From Octopus bimaculoides (lineage: Eukaryota): a DNA stretch of 64,000 nucleotides. The stretch covers positions 64,030,354-64,094,353 of the forward strand of contig NC_068986.1 in the NCBI RefSeq assembly GCF_001194135.2, written 5' to 3'. A program made the translations under genes and the position numbers. Position 1 is the first letter of the stretch; each line of letters opens with the position of its first letter. Positions 23,648 to 37,502 of the stretch are shown here, piece by piece. The notes beneath the pieces were generated by a model, which was not told where the DNA came from, made no database searches, and was given only the letters and a program-made list of their open reading frames with translations.

Positions 23648-24328
23648 TGTAACATAGATGATAAGCATCGGAACACAAAGATTGGAAATCACCAGTTCAT
23701 AGTTGAGTTACACAGTAGATAGAATGTCTGTACATAAGAGGTTGTGGCTTCTAGGTAGAGTTAAGTCACGTATCGGGAAGATGAGGCTGCTATGCTGAGC
23801 CGGTTACTTGAATACAGGAGATTCTTGCAGGTTGTTCTGGCTGTTACTTCATGGTGGAAACAATCCACACAAACAGTGTTGAGATGGAACCACGGTTGCT
23901 ATTGGTAGTGTGTACACTGGTGGCGTCGTGTTGACGTTGGCGACAAGGCTGTAGTAAACAGTAGAATGGTGGTGTTGACGTTGTCACTGAAAACTGGCCG
24001 GAGCTGTGTTCCGTGTGGTGGTCAACGACCAGACCTCAAAGAGATCTAAAATAGCAAACAACTGGCGTGGATAAAGCAGGCTTATTTATAGGTAAAAAGG
24101 GGCTCCAGAAATCTCAGAAAAACACTCTCTCACGTGACCTTATTAATTAGAAGACCACGATTGGTCGGTATGCACCCTGGCACGAAACAGAACTGGAAAC
24201 AAATGCCACGCGAATAAGAGCCAATCAGGGTGATAGACACAGCAGGGTCCAAGGCGGGTCCAAGGCTACGTGTTACCCACTACGTTTGCATTTAAGAATA
24301 TATAACCGAGAGAGAAGCTTCCGCTACA
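23648..24328 (-). mobile_element. Isolated 3' LTR with polypurine tract (left boundary approximate)
   Basis: Minus strand AGGGGAAAGCAG immediately followed by TGTAGCGG at 24328; TATA-like CCTATAAATA near 24090; opposite end TGTAAC at 23648. Confidence 0.45.
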
Positions 24329-24399
24329 CTGCTTTCCCCTGTGGTCTCCCCACACTAAACAAAACATGACAAGAATTGAGTCACTTCAGTGAGCATTCA

Positions 24400-24900
24400 C
24401 TAAAAAAATTAAGGGCATGATTAATCTTGATTGTTGGGATCACTTTAAAACATTGAATCTTTATTCTCTCCAGCACCACTGTGAGCATCACGTCATTTGC
24501 ACAGTGTGGAGAATGTACCACCAGCATTGTTCAAGCGACCTTAACATTAGATTCAGAATTCATCCAAGACTTGGGCCATGTGCCATGTGTAATTCAGGCT
24601 TATAACACATAAATTCACTGCAACACAATTTCTTTTCCTCAATAGGCCCTGCTCTATTTAACATTATACCAAAACAAATCAAAGAAAAGGATCCTATCAC
24701 CTTCAAACAAAACTCAGACAAATCCTTTCAAGGGATATCAGACAAGCCACCTATACCTGGATACATCTCAGTCAACAACAACCATGATACCACAAAACTT
24801 TAAAAAATGACTTAATAGATCCTAATCAGGTGGTTAGACATGGCCTGAGCCAATCTTTGGCCAAAACATCTCTAAGTTATCTAAGATATTGATCAGCCAC
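24400..24900 (+). mobile_element. 3' fragment of a CR1/L2-group LINE
   Basis: WDHFKTLNLYSLQHHCEHHVICTVWRMY resembles the LxxLNLYSLQRRRERY C-terminal motif; followed by HNFFSSIGPALFNIIP. Confidence 0.55.
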
Positions 24901-26429
24901 CCTGTTAATCATTGAAGTGTTCTTTGATCTGTCTTATAGTTATTGCTGAAGCAGATATATTCAATACAAGGATGACTGGTCAAACTTTTGGAAACAGTCC
25001 AATTGTTCTACACCCCAAATACAATAAATTTCAACTATTCTGGCAGCCATTACTTGTATTATGCATGATACACTATCATACAGTGTTTGATTATGTTGTT
25101 AAGTATAGAATGGAAGTATTGCAACTTATTACCCAATACTCTTTTGCTTTTGGCAGTGCTACAGTGAAGATACATCATTGTTATTGCTTGTCATTGCTTA
25201 GCTCCAAGTTTATTTTAATACAGCAGACCTGTGATGAAAAACATTCTAGCCATAATCGTCTCATTTTTTTGTTTTGTATATCAAGACCACATTTTCCAAT
25301 GTGATCTTTCTTTCTCAGATAGTCTAAGATGGTCCTGTGTGATTTGAGAAGTCCTTGGCTACTATTTTTAGTAGAGTGAACAATTATGTGGAATCTTCCT
25401 CAAGGACTCATAAGCAGGGTAGATTCATTTGGCATGGAGAAGTTTTGAATTTTCTTTGAATTCACTGGTTGAGTCTCACTCCACTTGACTAATTGTGCTT
25501 ATTTTACCATGAATTATGTAAAAAAAAAAAGTCTTCAGTAAACTAAGGATCCTCATACACCCTTCTCATTCAATTTATATATCTAAACCAAATTAGCTTC
25601 AAGCCCTCTGCATACTTCTTTTACTACATATTATAGTCTCAAGTTCATTTCATATAATTTTAAATGTTTTACATTATAAAGTGGTAATTCTAAAACGTTT
25701 TCCATTCAGTGTACTTGGTTCTATAACCAGAAAAGTAGGTCACACAAGACTATAGAAAGTAATAAAACCACATGGTATTTCAAAAGAAGGATAATACGAT
25801 TAAATTATCCCAATACTTGACTGGTACTTTATTTTATCACCTCTAGATAAATGAAAGGCAAAGATAGTCTTTGGAGGATTAGCTCAATATATGAGTGAAT
25901 ACCTTCACTCATAATGTCTCTGGAAATAATCCCAACATCCCTTAGATGTTTAGATTATTTCCAGTGTGGAGAGGCAGTAGCAGAGCTCACTTTAAGCTAT
26001 CAAGTCACAGTTACACCAAAATGTTTCTTTATTTATGTTCTTATGTTGTCTACTGCTAAGTAAACAACTTGGGTATTATTGAGATGACTCCATGGCCTTA
26101 ACTTAGGCACAACACTGTGTTACCAACAGAATAGGATTGTATCACACTATTGTAAAGAATTGACAGTATATTTACTCAGTCATTGCAATACCCCAGTTTG
26201 TATCATGAAAAGTTTAACACTGCTTTAAACATTTTATTGTATTAGTTTGTCAGATACATTTAATCATTTTTTAAACATTTATTTTAATCCTATTTTTCAC
26301 CAAAATCATTCAATTTTGGTTGCTCATTCTAGCATATTGAGAGACCATACAGATATTCCCCTAATCAGTTTCTACCAAAGAAAACAACTTTTTTTAAGAA
26401 ATGATGTATCTAATGATGATGATGATGAT

Positions 26430-28430
26430 GATTTTATGATATTCACAGACCACAAATCCCTTACCTTTACTCTCTTTACCAAGTTTATACAAGTATTTGC
26501 TGTGAGAGACCTGATATCTTGATTACATATTGAAGTTTTCAGCATATTCGGCATATCTCTGGTTCTAGCAATATTGCTGATGCCTTATCTCACTTGCCTG
26601 TCTGTTCATCGTTGTCTGCTTCTACAATAGACTTGATTGCTTTGTCAGATAACCAATCACTGCTATCGTCCTTGGATGTTTCCTCTGAACAATTCGCGTC
26701 TTGCCGATTCGAGTATTTGCCATTAACAACTTCTGATGGAGATATAATGTGTGATACTTCTACTGGCTTACCTCATCCACTCATACTAGGGTCTCATCAT
26801 CATACTGTCTTCAATGCCCTGCATACCTCATCACATCCTGGCATAGCAACTTCAATAAAGCTTATTACAGCTCGTTTTTTCTGGCCAAATATGTGATGGA
26901 ATATTACAGCATGGTTGCGTTCTTGTTTGCAATGCTAGCACTCAAAAGTACACAGACATGTTTGAGTACCTCTTGGCACCTTTGAAAATCTGAACGCATG
27001 TTTTCAACACATCCTTATTGACTTGGTTGGTCTTTGGCCGGTTAGTCACAGATTCACTTTCATGTATTGACTGCTTTTCACGTTTGCCTGAAGCCATCCT
27101 TCTGGTTGATATCAGCACAGAATCAGTAGCACAAGCCTTCATATCAGGTTTGATTTCACGTTTTGGTGTTCCATTACAGATTACTACTGATTGCAGGAGG
27201 CAATTTGAATCCCAGCTTTTCCAACAACTTTCAAGCATCTTAGGAGTTTGCCACATCCAGATGACTAGTTATCATCCAGCATCAAATGGCATGGTGAAAT
27301 GGTTCCACTGTCAATTAAAGGCGTTGTTACGTGCCTATCCAGATTCTAATCAATTGTGTGAATTTCTGTCTGTTGTTCTTTTGGGTTGTCGCTCATCAGT
27401 GAAAGAGGATCTTGGATACTCTCCTGCTGAACTTCTCTACGGTTCACCATTATCCCTACCAGGCCAGATGTTGGCACTTGTGGACTTATTGACTCAAGAT
27501 CCTTCATCTTATGTACATAGACTACAGACTTATTTTTCAGATCTTCCACCAATGTCTTTTAGACATCAGACTGTGCTTGCTGCTCTTCCAGGGGACGATT
27601 CTGTGAGAGGCCCACTTATTCAATCCTATAAGGGGCCTTATCATGTCCTGGGGAAAATGTCAAAAGCATTTTCCATAGACATTAATGGATCTAAACAGAC
27701 TGTTTCATTCGATGGGGGTAAAGCAAGCTTTTTCTGAAGCTCTCATTCCAGAACCAAATATCTCTATCCACTTTCCATCTCTGGCATCTACAGACATTGC
27801 ACTCATGCAAACAAGCATGCATCTCCTGCTCCACTACCACATGTCACAATTACTTGTACTGGGCATCATGTACACTGGCCTAAGAAATTATGTAAGACTG
27901 TATATATTGTGCCCTGACTTTTTCCAAGCACTTTCTTTGCATGCTTTTGACATTTTTTTCTTATGTTGCATATGCCATTTCTTCAAACATTTGGAACTAT
28001 TGCGTTAATTTTAGTATGTTTTATTTTCTCTTTGCACTGTTGTTTTTTGTCTCCTTTTTCTTCCTTACCTTGCATGCCTTTTCCTGATCTTTTCACTTCC
28101 TCTGCTTTGTTCCCTAGGTTGGCCTTTTGCTACAACATACCTCTTTTTTGACTTACAGTCGCAGGGGGAGTAGTATAGCAAGGGCCATAAAGGCTAAAGG
28201 GAACAGGACAGAGTTATGTTCTCTCATTCTATTGTTGGTAGGTGGTGCTTCAATGGCACTTCCACTAGGGAGGTATAAAACCCTAGTTGGACATCCAGTC
28301 TCTCTTTTTCTGTTTCCCCTTCTGGCCAGGCAGCTTGTCAACTGCCCACACAGCTAGGACTCCTAACTTTCTTATACTCCTGGCCATGACAACTACCATG
28401 CTATGTAACTAGAGCAATGCTCGCTCTCTA
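26430..28430 (+). mobile_element. Decayed Gypsy 3' half (RNase H end, integrase, PPT, 3' LTR start)
   Basis: IFTDHKSLT; HPGIATSIKLITARFFWPNM; ITTDCRRQFESQLF...YHPASNGMVKWFHCQLK; PPT AGGGGGAGTAG at 28163-28173 followed by LTR-like sequence. Confidence 0.85.
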
Positions 28431-28899
28431 TTCTTTGAGCATGAACCTTTAACCCTCAATGACTACTGGCTTAATTATTAGCCACACCAACTAACTAAGT
28501 TCACTAATGAGAAAACAAACAGTTTGTACACCTTCTATATTATTTCGCACACACCTTTATAAAACATGATGATATGAAATTTGTTATACATAACCTTGTC
28601 TGAACATTGTTTGTCACATACACATACACACAACACAACACTAAACAAATGAACCAGACTAATGCTTGACTCTATCCTAAAAGACTCTTCTCTACACACA
28701 AGGAAGCTATAACATACAAAACAGAAACAGAATACACTGAAACAATTAATTCAGATAACATACAAAAAAACAGAACTTTACATTCCTCCAATCCACACAA
28801 AAATAGGAATAGGAAGACATACTCAGGAACATGGAGCTGTACCAGGTGGTGCAGTAGAAACTTGCATGATGCTTCCAAAGAAAACCATTTCATACTAAT

Positions 28900-31240
28900 A
28901 AAAATAAAAATAGTAATTATAATAATTAATTTATTTGTCACTAGTAATTATAATAACATATTTGTCACTATAGAAGAGGCTGATAATTACAGAAATATAA
29001 ACTTAAATAGAAAAAATTGAAAGAGAGAAAAATATGAAATACAAGTTTACATGGTATACAAATAATAAGAGCTGATGCAGTCCTCCTGGAACAGGACCCA
29101 CCCCCACCCCATTTTAGGCCAATGATGGAGCCACAAAGAACCAAAATTACCTTGAACACCAAAGGCAAGTGCTCTCTCCCTCTAACTGTCATTCTCCAAC
29201 TTATAAGTTTATATTTCGAGCAGTTCCATCCACTCTTACCGTTTTTACCACTCTCATCCATTTTTCAATAAATCTGGAGATAGCACATCCCTCTCCAACC
29301 TCATCTTCTTGTCCAAGTGAAACTTGAAAAAGTAGACGAGACCCCTACCAAATGAGAAAGTCTCTATACTCATATTTTTCAAACTTGTCCACTACACAAT
29401 TTATTTTGCTATAACCACTAAACAGAAGAAAACTGCTTTCTCTGCCCACTTAAGGGAATGTGGCAGGGTAATAATTACAAGGGACTTGGTTGATAGCCAA
29501 ATCTCTCCTGCGAGTAACAGCAGCTGTTTCACATATCCCCTATAAATCAGCATTGAACAAGTGAATGCAAAACAGTTTTGTCACTCTCTATACATTTTGT
29601 GGGACAGGTCAATTTAATGGCACTTCTGTGCTAGTACAGTTTATCTTGAACTGATACAACTCCTTGGTAAGCACTGTCTGGTTAAAGACTTTTGGAGATT
29701 ACCTATGGTGGTCTCTGATTTGAAGCTTCTCTGGAACAGCCTCACCAGTTAGCTTACACCAATATCCAGAGTTTCCCTGAGAATGTTGTCACATTTCCCT
29801 GCTACTAATCCACTGTAAATTGCTTGAGTGTTAACATTCACCAAATCCATTGCCTGAGTGATGGAGGGTGGTGGGCATTTAACAACATTTTAGATTCCAG
29901 GTAGCCAGTCTCAGTTTTTGCTTCACTGAAGACTGCAGCTCTATGAAGATGTATCTCATGAACGGTGACTACATGTTTAGCAGCCTGCTTTAAAGAGGTG
30001 GGCTGGCAGCAGATAGACTGCCTGATCAGTAGAACATGTCCTTCCACAAGAAGCTGAGTAATAGTCACCCCAGTCTAATTTAGTAGTAACTGAGGCAAAG
30101 CACAATGGTCAGGTGATAAACAATAATGGGAACAAGGCTGATATTCACCACCTGTGCTTCACCTTTTAGGATCAGCTTCCTCTGGCCTATTACTGAGTAA
30201 GCCTGGCTACCCTGCTTGTTACCTTGTCTTAGTTCAATTCCATCTGGAGATTGGGACTGAAGTAGACCCCAAGCAATTTAACCAGTCTGTTAGTCCAGCA
30301 TCCCATGATGCTACTTGACAGCATGGGCTTTAATTGCTGAGTTGCAAGACCACCAACTTGGCTGGGTTGATCTTAACTTTTGCTACTACCATATCCATTT
30401 AGAATGGTGCCAACCACTTGCACTTCAGTGGCATCTGATACAATGATAATGATGTCTTCTGCTGTTGCCATAACCCTCCTTGATCTTTGTTGAAAGCGAT
30501 GTCCTTCAAATGTTTCATCTTCTGTAGTAGTGGCCCAAATGCCAGTATGTACAGAAAAAGTGAGAGGGGAAAGCTGTTGGACTGAGTGTGTGATATGAAT
30601 AATCCCAGTGGGTGGCCATTTACTTTGACAATTAAACTGTGGGTATCTTTCACTATCCTTATTCACTGGCCAAACAACACTCTAGATACAATCTGGATAA
30701 CCCACTGATGTTGCTCCATGTCCAAACTGGCACACCAGGAAATCTAATCAGTATCTGTCAGCCAGCTGGAAACTTCTGAGCAGATTTTTGAGGCTTTTGC
30801 ACCCCATCCTACTATATGCTTGACCCATAAGTCCTGTTGTATATCTGAAATGCAGTTCCAGTCCTTCATTAGCAGTTGAGATCAGAACATCTTCATAAAA
30901 GCTCCTTGATTTATGGGGAAATTGGGCTGTCTTTTCCTGTGTGAGTATAAATGGCCACTAGTCTGAAGATATCACCTTTGCTGCAGTTCATGTCCATGGC
31001 CACCGTCTTGCTATCCAGATTCAGAAAGACAACCTGTTGTCCCACCACCTGATCTTAACAGATTAAGCGATGAAAGTATCTCATAGTCATCAAAAATGGG
31101 CGTGAGTGCTTGTGCTCCAGAGTTCCTGGTTTTACTGATGGTCACCATATCTATGTCTAGCAACCTCACATCATGGAGCAAATGACTTTGCTTTAAAGCC
31201 GACCTAAGACTACGTACATTTAGACTCCCTGCCCAGAACA
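28900..31240 (-). mobile_element. Degraded Tx1/L1-clade non-LTR retrotransposon ORF2
   Basis: AP endonuclease start (GSLNVRSL...DIDMVTISKTR) near 31200; RT region (VKVNGH...PLSLFLYILAFGPLLQK...ATAEDIIIIVSD) 30373-30666; C-terminal CPTKC...VLHSLVQC near 29560-29620; many stops and frameshifts. Confidence 0.7.
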
Positions 31241-31999
31241 GCTATATTTTTTTGGAGGAAGAAAATGGAAAGTTTATTCACCACAGCCATAATAATCCTT
31301 TCTACTATGCACAAGGCCTGAAATTTTGGGGGAGGGGGCTGGTTGATTACATTGACCCTAGTGCGTAACTGGTAATTATTTCATTGATCTTGAAAAGATG
31401 AAAGGCAAGGTTGACCTCAGTGGAATTTTAGTTTAAAATGCAAGGATGGACAAAATGCTGCATAGCATTTTGCCTGGTGTGCCAGCTTGCTGGCTCCACC
31501 ATGGTCATAACAATACAAATAATTCTTCCTAATTTTGGCATAAGGCCAGCAATTTTGAGAGGGAGTGGCTAAGTCAGTTACATTAACCACAATACTTGAA
31601 TGATACTTTTTTATCAACTCCCAAAGGATGAAAGCCAAAGAGAACATTAGTAGAATTTGAACGCAGAGAAAACACTGCAAAAAATTATAACAATTCAGCC
31701 AGCTCATTGTTATAATAATAATAATAATCGTTTTTATCTGCCCCAAGGGCGCTGGATGAAAGGACATTACAAGGACAAACTGGAAAAATGGTGTGGAAGT
31801 TTATATTAAACGACTATGAAGAAACAAGCTTGAAAAAGTACATTATAAATGATAATAGTTTCTAACAGTCACAAAAGTTTGTGGGAAAATTATAGTAAAT
31901 TTCATTGCTTTCAGTACTTGGCTGGTATTTGGTTTGTCAACCGCCTAAGGATGAAAGGCAAAGTCAACCTCGGCAGGATATTAACGTAAAGGGAGGTAA

Positions 32000-32114
32000 T
32001 ATATCGCAAGAATAGCATTCAATCTGGAAATTCTATAACGGCACACAGTTTATTATTTACACCGTTAGTACAAATGACTTTCGCTTGTCTTTGAGGGCAG
32101 ATGTAATCTAGCAG
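32000..32114 (+). promoter_or_regulatory. Possible non-coding first exon of MRPL2
   Basis: Unique, locally CpG-containing segment ending in CAG|GTAAAC; MRPL2 coding exon 1 begins with an acceptor at 37403, so an upstream exon is expected. Assignment is a guess. Confidence 0.25.
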
Positions 32115-33229
32115 GTAAACTTTATATTTATTTATTTACCATTTTAAATGATTCTGTATGTTTTTAATTCAATAATAGAAATATATAGTACATTGATTCA
32201 TATATAAATATTTATAAAACTTTTATGTGTCATTATACGAATTTATACTGCTTTTTGGTGCACATTCTCTTTTTAAATGAACTAAGGGAACTTCTATTTG
32301 GTCGTTTAACCTGCTAGAAACAGCAATCAAATCTTCCTCAAGCCAACACCCTATCTTAAAGTAGGAAACGTAAGATAGTGTAGTTTCAAATTCACATTTC
32401 TTGAAAAACGAAACAAAAACATGGTCATGACTGGAACGTCTTTTGCCATGAGTCTTATGAAACTGACTGATTTGGGGTTAAACAACAGTGTTTTGGAGTG
32501 TAAGTTGAGTGCATCCTGATGTATTAAGCCCGTCTGTCTGATTTAACAACTTGACTTAATACATTTGGATCCGAAAAAAAAGTATAGTCATGACTTGTAA
32601 GATTTTCATCATAGATCTGTGCAACCAGTGCTAACCTAGGGCTATACAACAACGTATTGAGATAGAAATGATCCAAAGAATGTTAGCATCATATTCCTTA
32701 ATACAGCTTCACACAAAATAATAGCAAATCTAAATGAGACCCTTTGTAAATGTTAATAGCAGAGTGAAAAGTTTTGAGGCGTGACTGTGGTTAAGAAGCT
32801 CGTTTTGCAACCACGTGTTTTCGGGTTCAATCTCACTGCATGGTACCTTAGTGTTATGCGAATAGTGCTATGATTTCAGTGATTTCACTTGACATAAAGG
32901 ACATGCGCATTTGATGATCAGAGAGAGAGAGAGAGAAAATTACTTTCTTTCAGCTAGGGATTACAGCTGATTCATAACAACCAAAGAAACTAATTTCCAA
33001 ATCTTGAAGAAGTTGTTGAATAATGTAAAGAGAATAAAATTAATGAAAAGACGAGTACAAATTGGGAAGAATACCAGATATGGAAAGATACTTGAAATCG
33101 GACAGATTGACTACCAAATGCTGACAAGACTTTTAATCATTGGTTTAGAACTTTCACTAACTTTATAGACTCACTACCAAGGCAGGAAGGTAGTATTATC
33201 AATAAACTCATCTTTTGATTAATTATGTG

Positions 33230-33640
33230 GAACCGAATGTATATAAATTCATCAGTGAAGTTAAGAACTATGAACAAACTGTAAATACACAAAAGAGTGT
33301 GTATATTAAACCAAGAGCATCATAATGGCATGCCAGCTTTTGGCCACAAGAAGACAAAAACTGGGAGAATCTCTAGATCAGTTCTTAAATGAACTCAAAA
33401 TATTAGCAAAAGACTGTGACGTTGTTGCAGTGAGTACTGAGCAGTACTGGTGTTAAATGATTTGTGATGCGTTTATAAATGGACTAATTTCAAATCAGAT
33501 AAGACAAAGACTATTAGAAAACAAAATTGTTGACTTCAGTACTGTTTATGATCAAACATGTTTGCTAGATATGGTGCAGCAGTGTTCCAGTGTCTTTTCA
33601 AACTTTGAGTGTGCCAACTTCAGTCCCTGGACTATGATTG
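33230..33640 (+). mobile_element. Gypsy gag fragment
   Basis: ATRRQKLGESLDQFLNELKILAKDC...ICDAFINGLISNQIRQRLLEN, typical gag of Gypsy elements. Confidence 0.65.
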
Positions 33641-33739
33641 AAAATTAGTTTCTTTGAGCCAGGAATTACTGATCATTCATAAAACTTAGGCAAGAGCCTT
33701 GTGAGCAAACTAGGAAGACAAAAACTGTATGGAAGGCCA

Positions 33740-33765
<26 letters not shown>

Positions 33766-33770
<5 letters not shown>

Positions 33771-36045
33771 GTAAGAAGCTTGTTTCCCAACCACATAGCT
33801 CAGCTCCAGGTTCAGTTCCATTGTGTGGCACCTTGGGCAAGTGTGTCTTCTACTATAGTCTTGGACCAACCAAAGCTTTGTGAGTGGATGAAAACTGAAA
33901 GAAGCTCATCGTGCATATGTGTGTCTGTATACAGTAACCTCCTGGTTAAGTACTCATCCCAGAAAAAGTATGTGCAAAATCTTCAAGAAACCCCAGTTCA
34001 AGTTTATCAATGATTTATTCTATGGCAACATTGAAATAGGTAATAAATGGCTCAAGGTATGTGATATCTTCTTGTGAAGTTTATTGTTTAAATATATCAT
34101 GCAAAGACAATTGACTCAGATTTTATATTTATTTGCACTTCTCTGCCAATTTTAATTGCCTTAGCTTCTTCTGAAACCAATTGAAGTAGTTTTTTAGGTC
34201 ATTGTAACCATCCCATGCTGCATCTTGTACATCTGCACATAGTAACTGATCTTCAATGTTGAGCACAGTATTGTACGGTTTATCGAAGCTGTTGAAATTG
34301 ACATTCTTGATTGGCGCAATAGCATTGCCATAGTCACTCTCATCATCAGCGTCCTCAACATCCTCCAAATTGCTTGTGTATACTCCTCACTGTTTTCATC
34401 ATTGACATGCACATATTCTTTTAATTTGTCCTTGTTCACTGCAATATTCAAAGAGTCGAAGCTAAGCAAAATTTCGGGTATCCAGTCAATTTCTTCATTC
34501 GCACTACCTTCCAACTTTAATAATTCAGCCTTTTTTAATGTGTTCTTGATTGATGCAGCTGATATTGCATCCCATGCATAATTTACATAGTGAGTGACAT
34601 TGAGCAGATGAGTAGGATTACCATACGCTACACCCGCCGCCCCTCTGCATGGCCTTTTTGCTTGCTCTTTCTTGTGGATCTTTGAGTCCTCGTCAAGCTC
34701 GGAAAATTCAAGAACATCTTTGAGATACAAATATTTGTACTTTTTTAGAGCTGCAATGATCCCCATATCACATGGCTGTTTCCAGCTGGGTGCAATTAGG
34801 TGGGTAAAATACAACCTTGCCGTTATCCTGTTCAAAAGCTTCAAAATGGCCTAGAACGATGTCCATCAATAAGAGAATGTGGTGTCCCATTCTCTTTTTC
34901 ACTTAAGGACAAAATACTTTGTTGAACCATTTACAACGTTTCAGCATCCATCCATACTTTTTCTCTGATTAAAGTACTTCAGAGGCCATTCCTGATTCTT
35001 GGTACAGGCCGCTCTTTGTATTTTCCTATTAATGTGCAAGGAACTTTGTGTGTTCCTGTGACATTTGCACAAGCAATGAGTGATATATGTTCTTTAACTT
35101 TTTTCTTTCCTTGGGTCGTGCTGACATCTTTGTATGGCATAAGCAGGGCATATTTGGGCAGCAACTGAAAAAAATAACCTATTTTCATCCCCATTACAAA
35201 CATTTTCAGCATCATACTGTTCAATGCAGCATATAAATCATTCAATGCAGCCAATAGCTCTGGATCTTCTTTGTTCACTTCTGCTCCTTCACCATGGAGC
35301 AGAACCTTCTGTAACCTGTGACGTACTCTGAATTGGCTTAACTCCTGTCATGATTCATGATGCTTTAAAGTCATCTTCCGATACTGATAATTCCACAGCT
35401 ATCTGCTTTGCTTTTACAATAACCAATGATGGTGGAACAGGTATGTTTGCACAATGCATGCAATCAATCAACAAGTAAAGCATGTCTTCAAGCTCTGAAA
35501 ACTGACCTACAGATGCCTGAAATATTTGCATTTTGGATTACTTCTTGGTTCTCCCAAATCTTTTGGATGGCACCTTCACTCATTCCATACTCTTGTGCAA
35601 GAGCTCGCTTGCTCAACTTAGCAGTGATATCTGATCTCTGGAAGTCATTCAAATGCTTCCTCTCTCCTTTGCTTGACATCATGGAGAAAACTGACAGGAA
35701 AGATGACAAATATGATTGAAAACCCTGTGCATACGTGAGCCTTGCTATGATTGGCTGCACACATACATTCACGCAACTGATTTGCTAATGTTGTTGCTAT
35801 GTATGCAGCTACCATCTAAGTACACACAAACAGTTAAGTTCTAGAGGGAGATTGCTGTATGTGTTTGTCCCCCACCACTACTTGACAATCAGTGTTGGTG
35901 TATGTATGTACCTACTGTCAAAAGAGACCGACAAAATAAGTACCAGGCTTAAAAAAAAAGTACTGGGTTCAATTCATTTGTCTAAAAATTATTCATGATG
36001 GTACCCAGCATTGCTGAAGTTCACTGACTGAAACAAGTAGAAAAT
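33766..36045 (+). mobile_element. SINE (GTGGTAAG...CTTGGGCAAGTGTCTTCTACTATAG family) split by the Tigger insertion: 33766-33931 and 35858-36045
   Basis: The two halves join into the same order seen in copies at 54568-54730 and 55046-56110. Confidence 0.75.
33932..35857 (-). mobile_element. pogo/Tigger-like DNA transposon, 1926 bp, pseudogenised transposase
   Basis: TA duplication at 33930-33931 and 35858-35859; imperfect TIRs CAGTAACCTCC / CAGCAATCTCC; HTH (LAQEYGMSEGAIQKIW), DDE_1 pieces (KEHISLIACANVTGTHK; QPCDMGIIAALK). Confidence 0.85.
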
Positions 36046-37410
36046 TAAAAACAATAGAATTTCAGTTTCATTACCTAGAGCTCAGTTCCTCTAAATTCAA
36101 GAGAACCCACTAGACATTTTGAAGTACGAGTTAGAAGGCAAATCTTCATTATCTAGGGAACTGGGTTATACATTTCAATGTTGTTGAGAACTGGAAATAC
36201 TATAACAATAACGAAGGAATATTCTTTACAAATTTTTGCTGGGAATAGTATTTGTTGTCTACATTTCCCACCATATCAAAGACCATCACAAGCTGGAGAA
36301 AATGGCACAACCACAGGTTGTCCATTCTTAACATAAAACATTTTGTCTTTTACTAATGTTTGCAGTAATTTCAAAGACATTTTTCTTAGATAATAATTCT
36401 TACTGGGGAACAGAAAGTTTTAATGTTTATACCATCCCTAAGGTAATTTTCTACCCAAGTGAAATTCTTTATGAGTATTTAACTCCAGATTTATACAAGA
36501 ACTTGAAGTTAATTTGTGCTTACAAAGCACTCATTGCACAGTACACTATCCATTAGCATAGCTTAGAGGAGTGAGGGTATGGTCTGCCCAGGGCTACACT
36601 TTATATATGTATTATGTGTTTTTCAGTGAGTGGGTGTACTTGCTGAGAAACTGTACCATTTGTTACAACTTTAACTATGCCATTGGCTTTATCTCCCTAC
36701 AGCTGAGAGCTGTACCAATCTTTTACAACTTCATTAGAGCAAGCCAATTGAGAGCCTCCATCTTGGGAAGTGAAAAGATATCTTGGCAATCTAATCCTAA
36801 TTACCCCTTAAAAGACGAATAGTCATGTTATGAATACCTTTGGTCATAGGTTTGCTCAATTAGGGTTAACCTGGGATAAACAACAACAATATCTTGATTA
36901 TAACGAACCAGTGTAAATCCTCTATATAGGTTCTCAACCTGCTTCAAAACAGCAAGATCCTATTTTCTTTAAAAAAGGCACATTAGAAAATGTAGTCTGC
37001 AGACTGCTTGAAAATATGTTGATGTGGTCATAACTAGAATGCCTTTGATCATATGAAAGATTAATCAGGGCTGACCAAAAACTAAACAACAGCCTAATTA
37101 TAGTTAAGTGAGTGAAGCCAACAAAGGATGTTGTTTACAGTGCACCATGTTGGGATATGAACTGTCAACTGGTTAGCTAGCAGTCTGACAAATATTACCT
37201 GGGTTAGATAGTTTTATAAAGATGTACTGATAATCTGGCTTTATAGTGTTGGCTTTGCAACTAGTTGTCCTGTGTAAGATCAACCAAACAGTGTGCATTT
37301 CTTTTCTTTTTATTCTTTGATATCTATCTAGACCTAGAAATTTACTGTTTTTAAACAAGTTTTTGTAATACTCTTTTGGTTTTGTTTTATTTTCTGTTTT
37401 CAGTTTGAAA

Positions 37411-37502
37411 ATGGTTGTTTCAGCTCTGCTTCGCCAGTCCTTACATTTTGAAAGACCATTGTTGAATCTTGTAAAATCTGCTCAGTGTTTTCTCTTTCAA
37501 AA
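37411..37502 (+). CDS. MRPL2: Mitochondrial ribosomal protein uL2m, coding exon 1 (presequence-like MVVSALLRQSLHFERPLLNLVKSAQ...)
   Basis: Acceptor TTTCAG| at 37403, ATG 37411, donor AA|GTAAGT; phase 2 joins exon 2 in frame. Confidence 0.75.
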
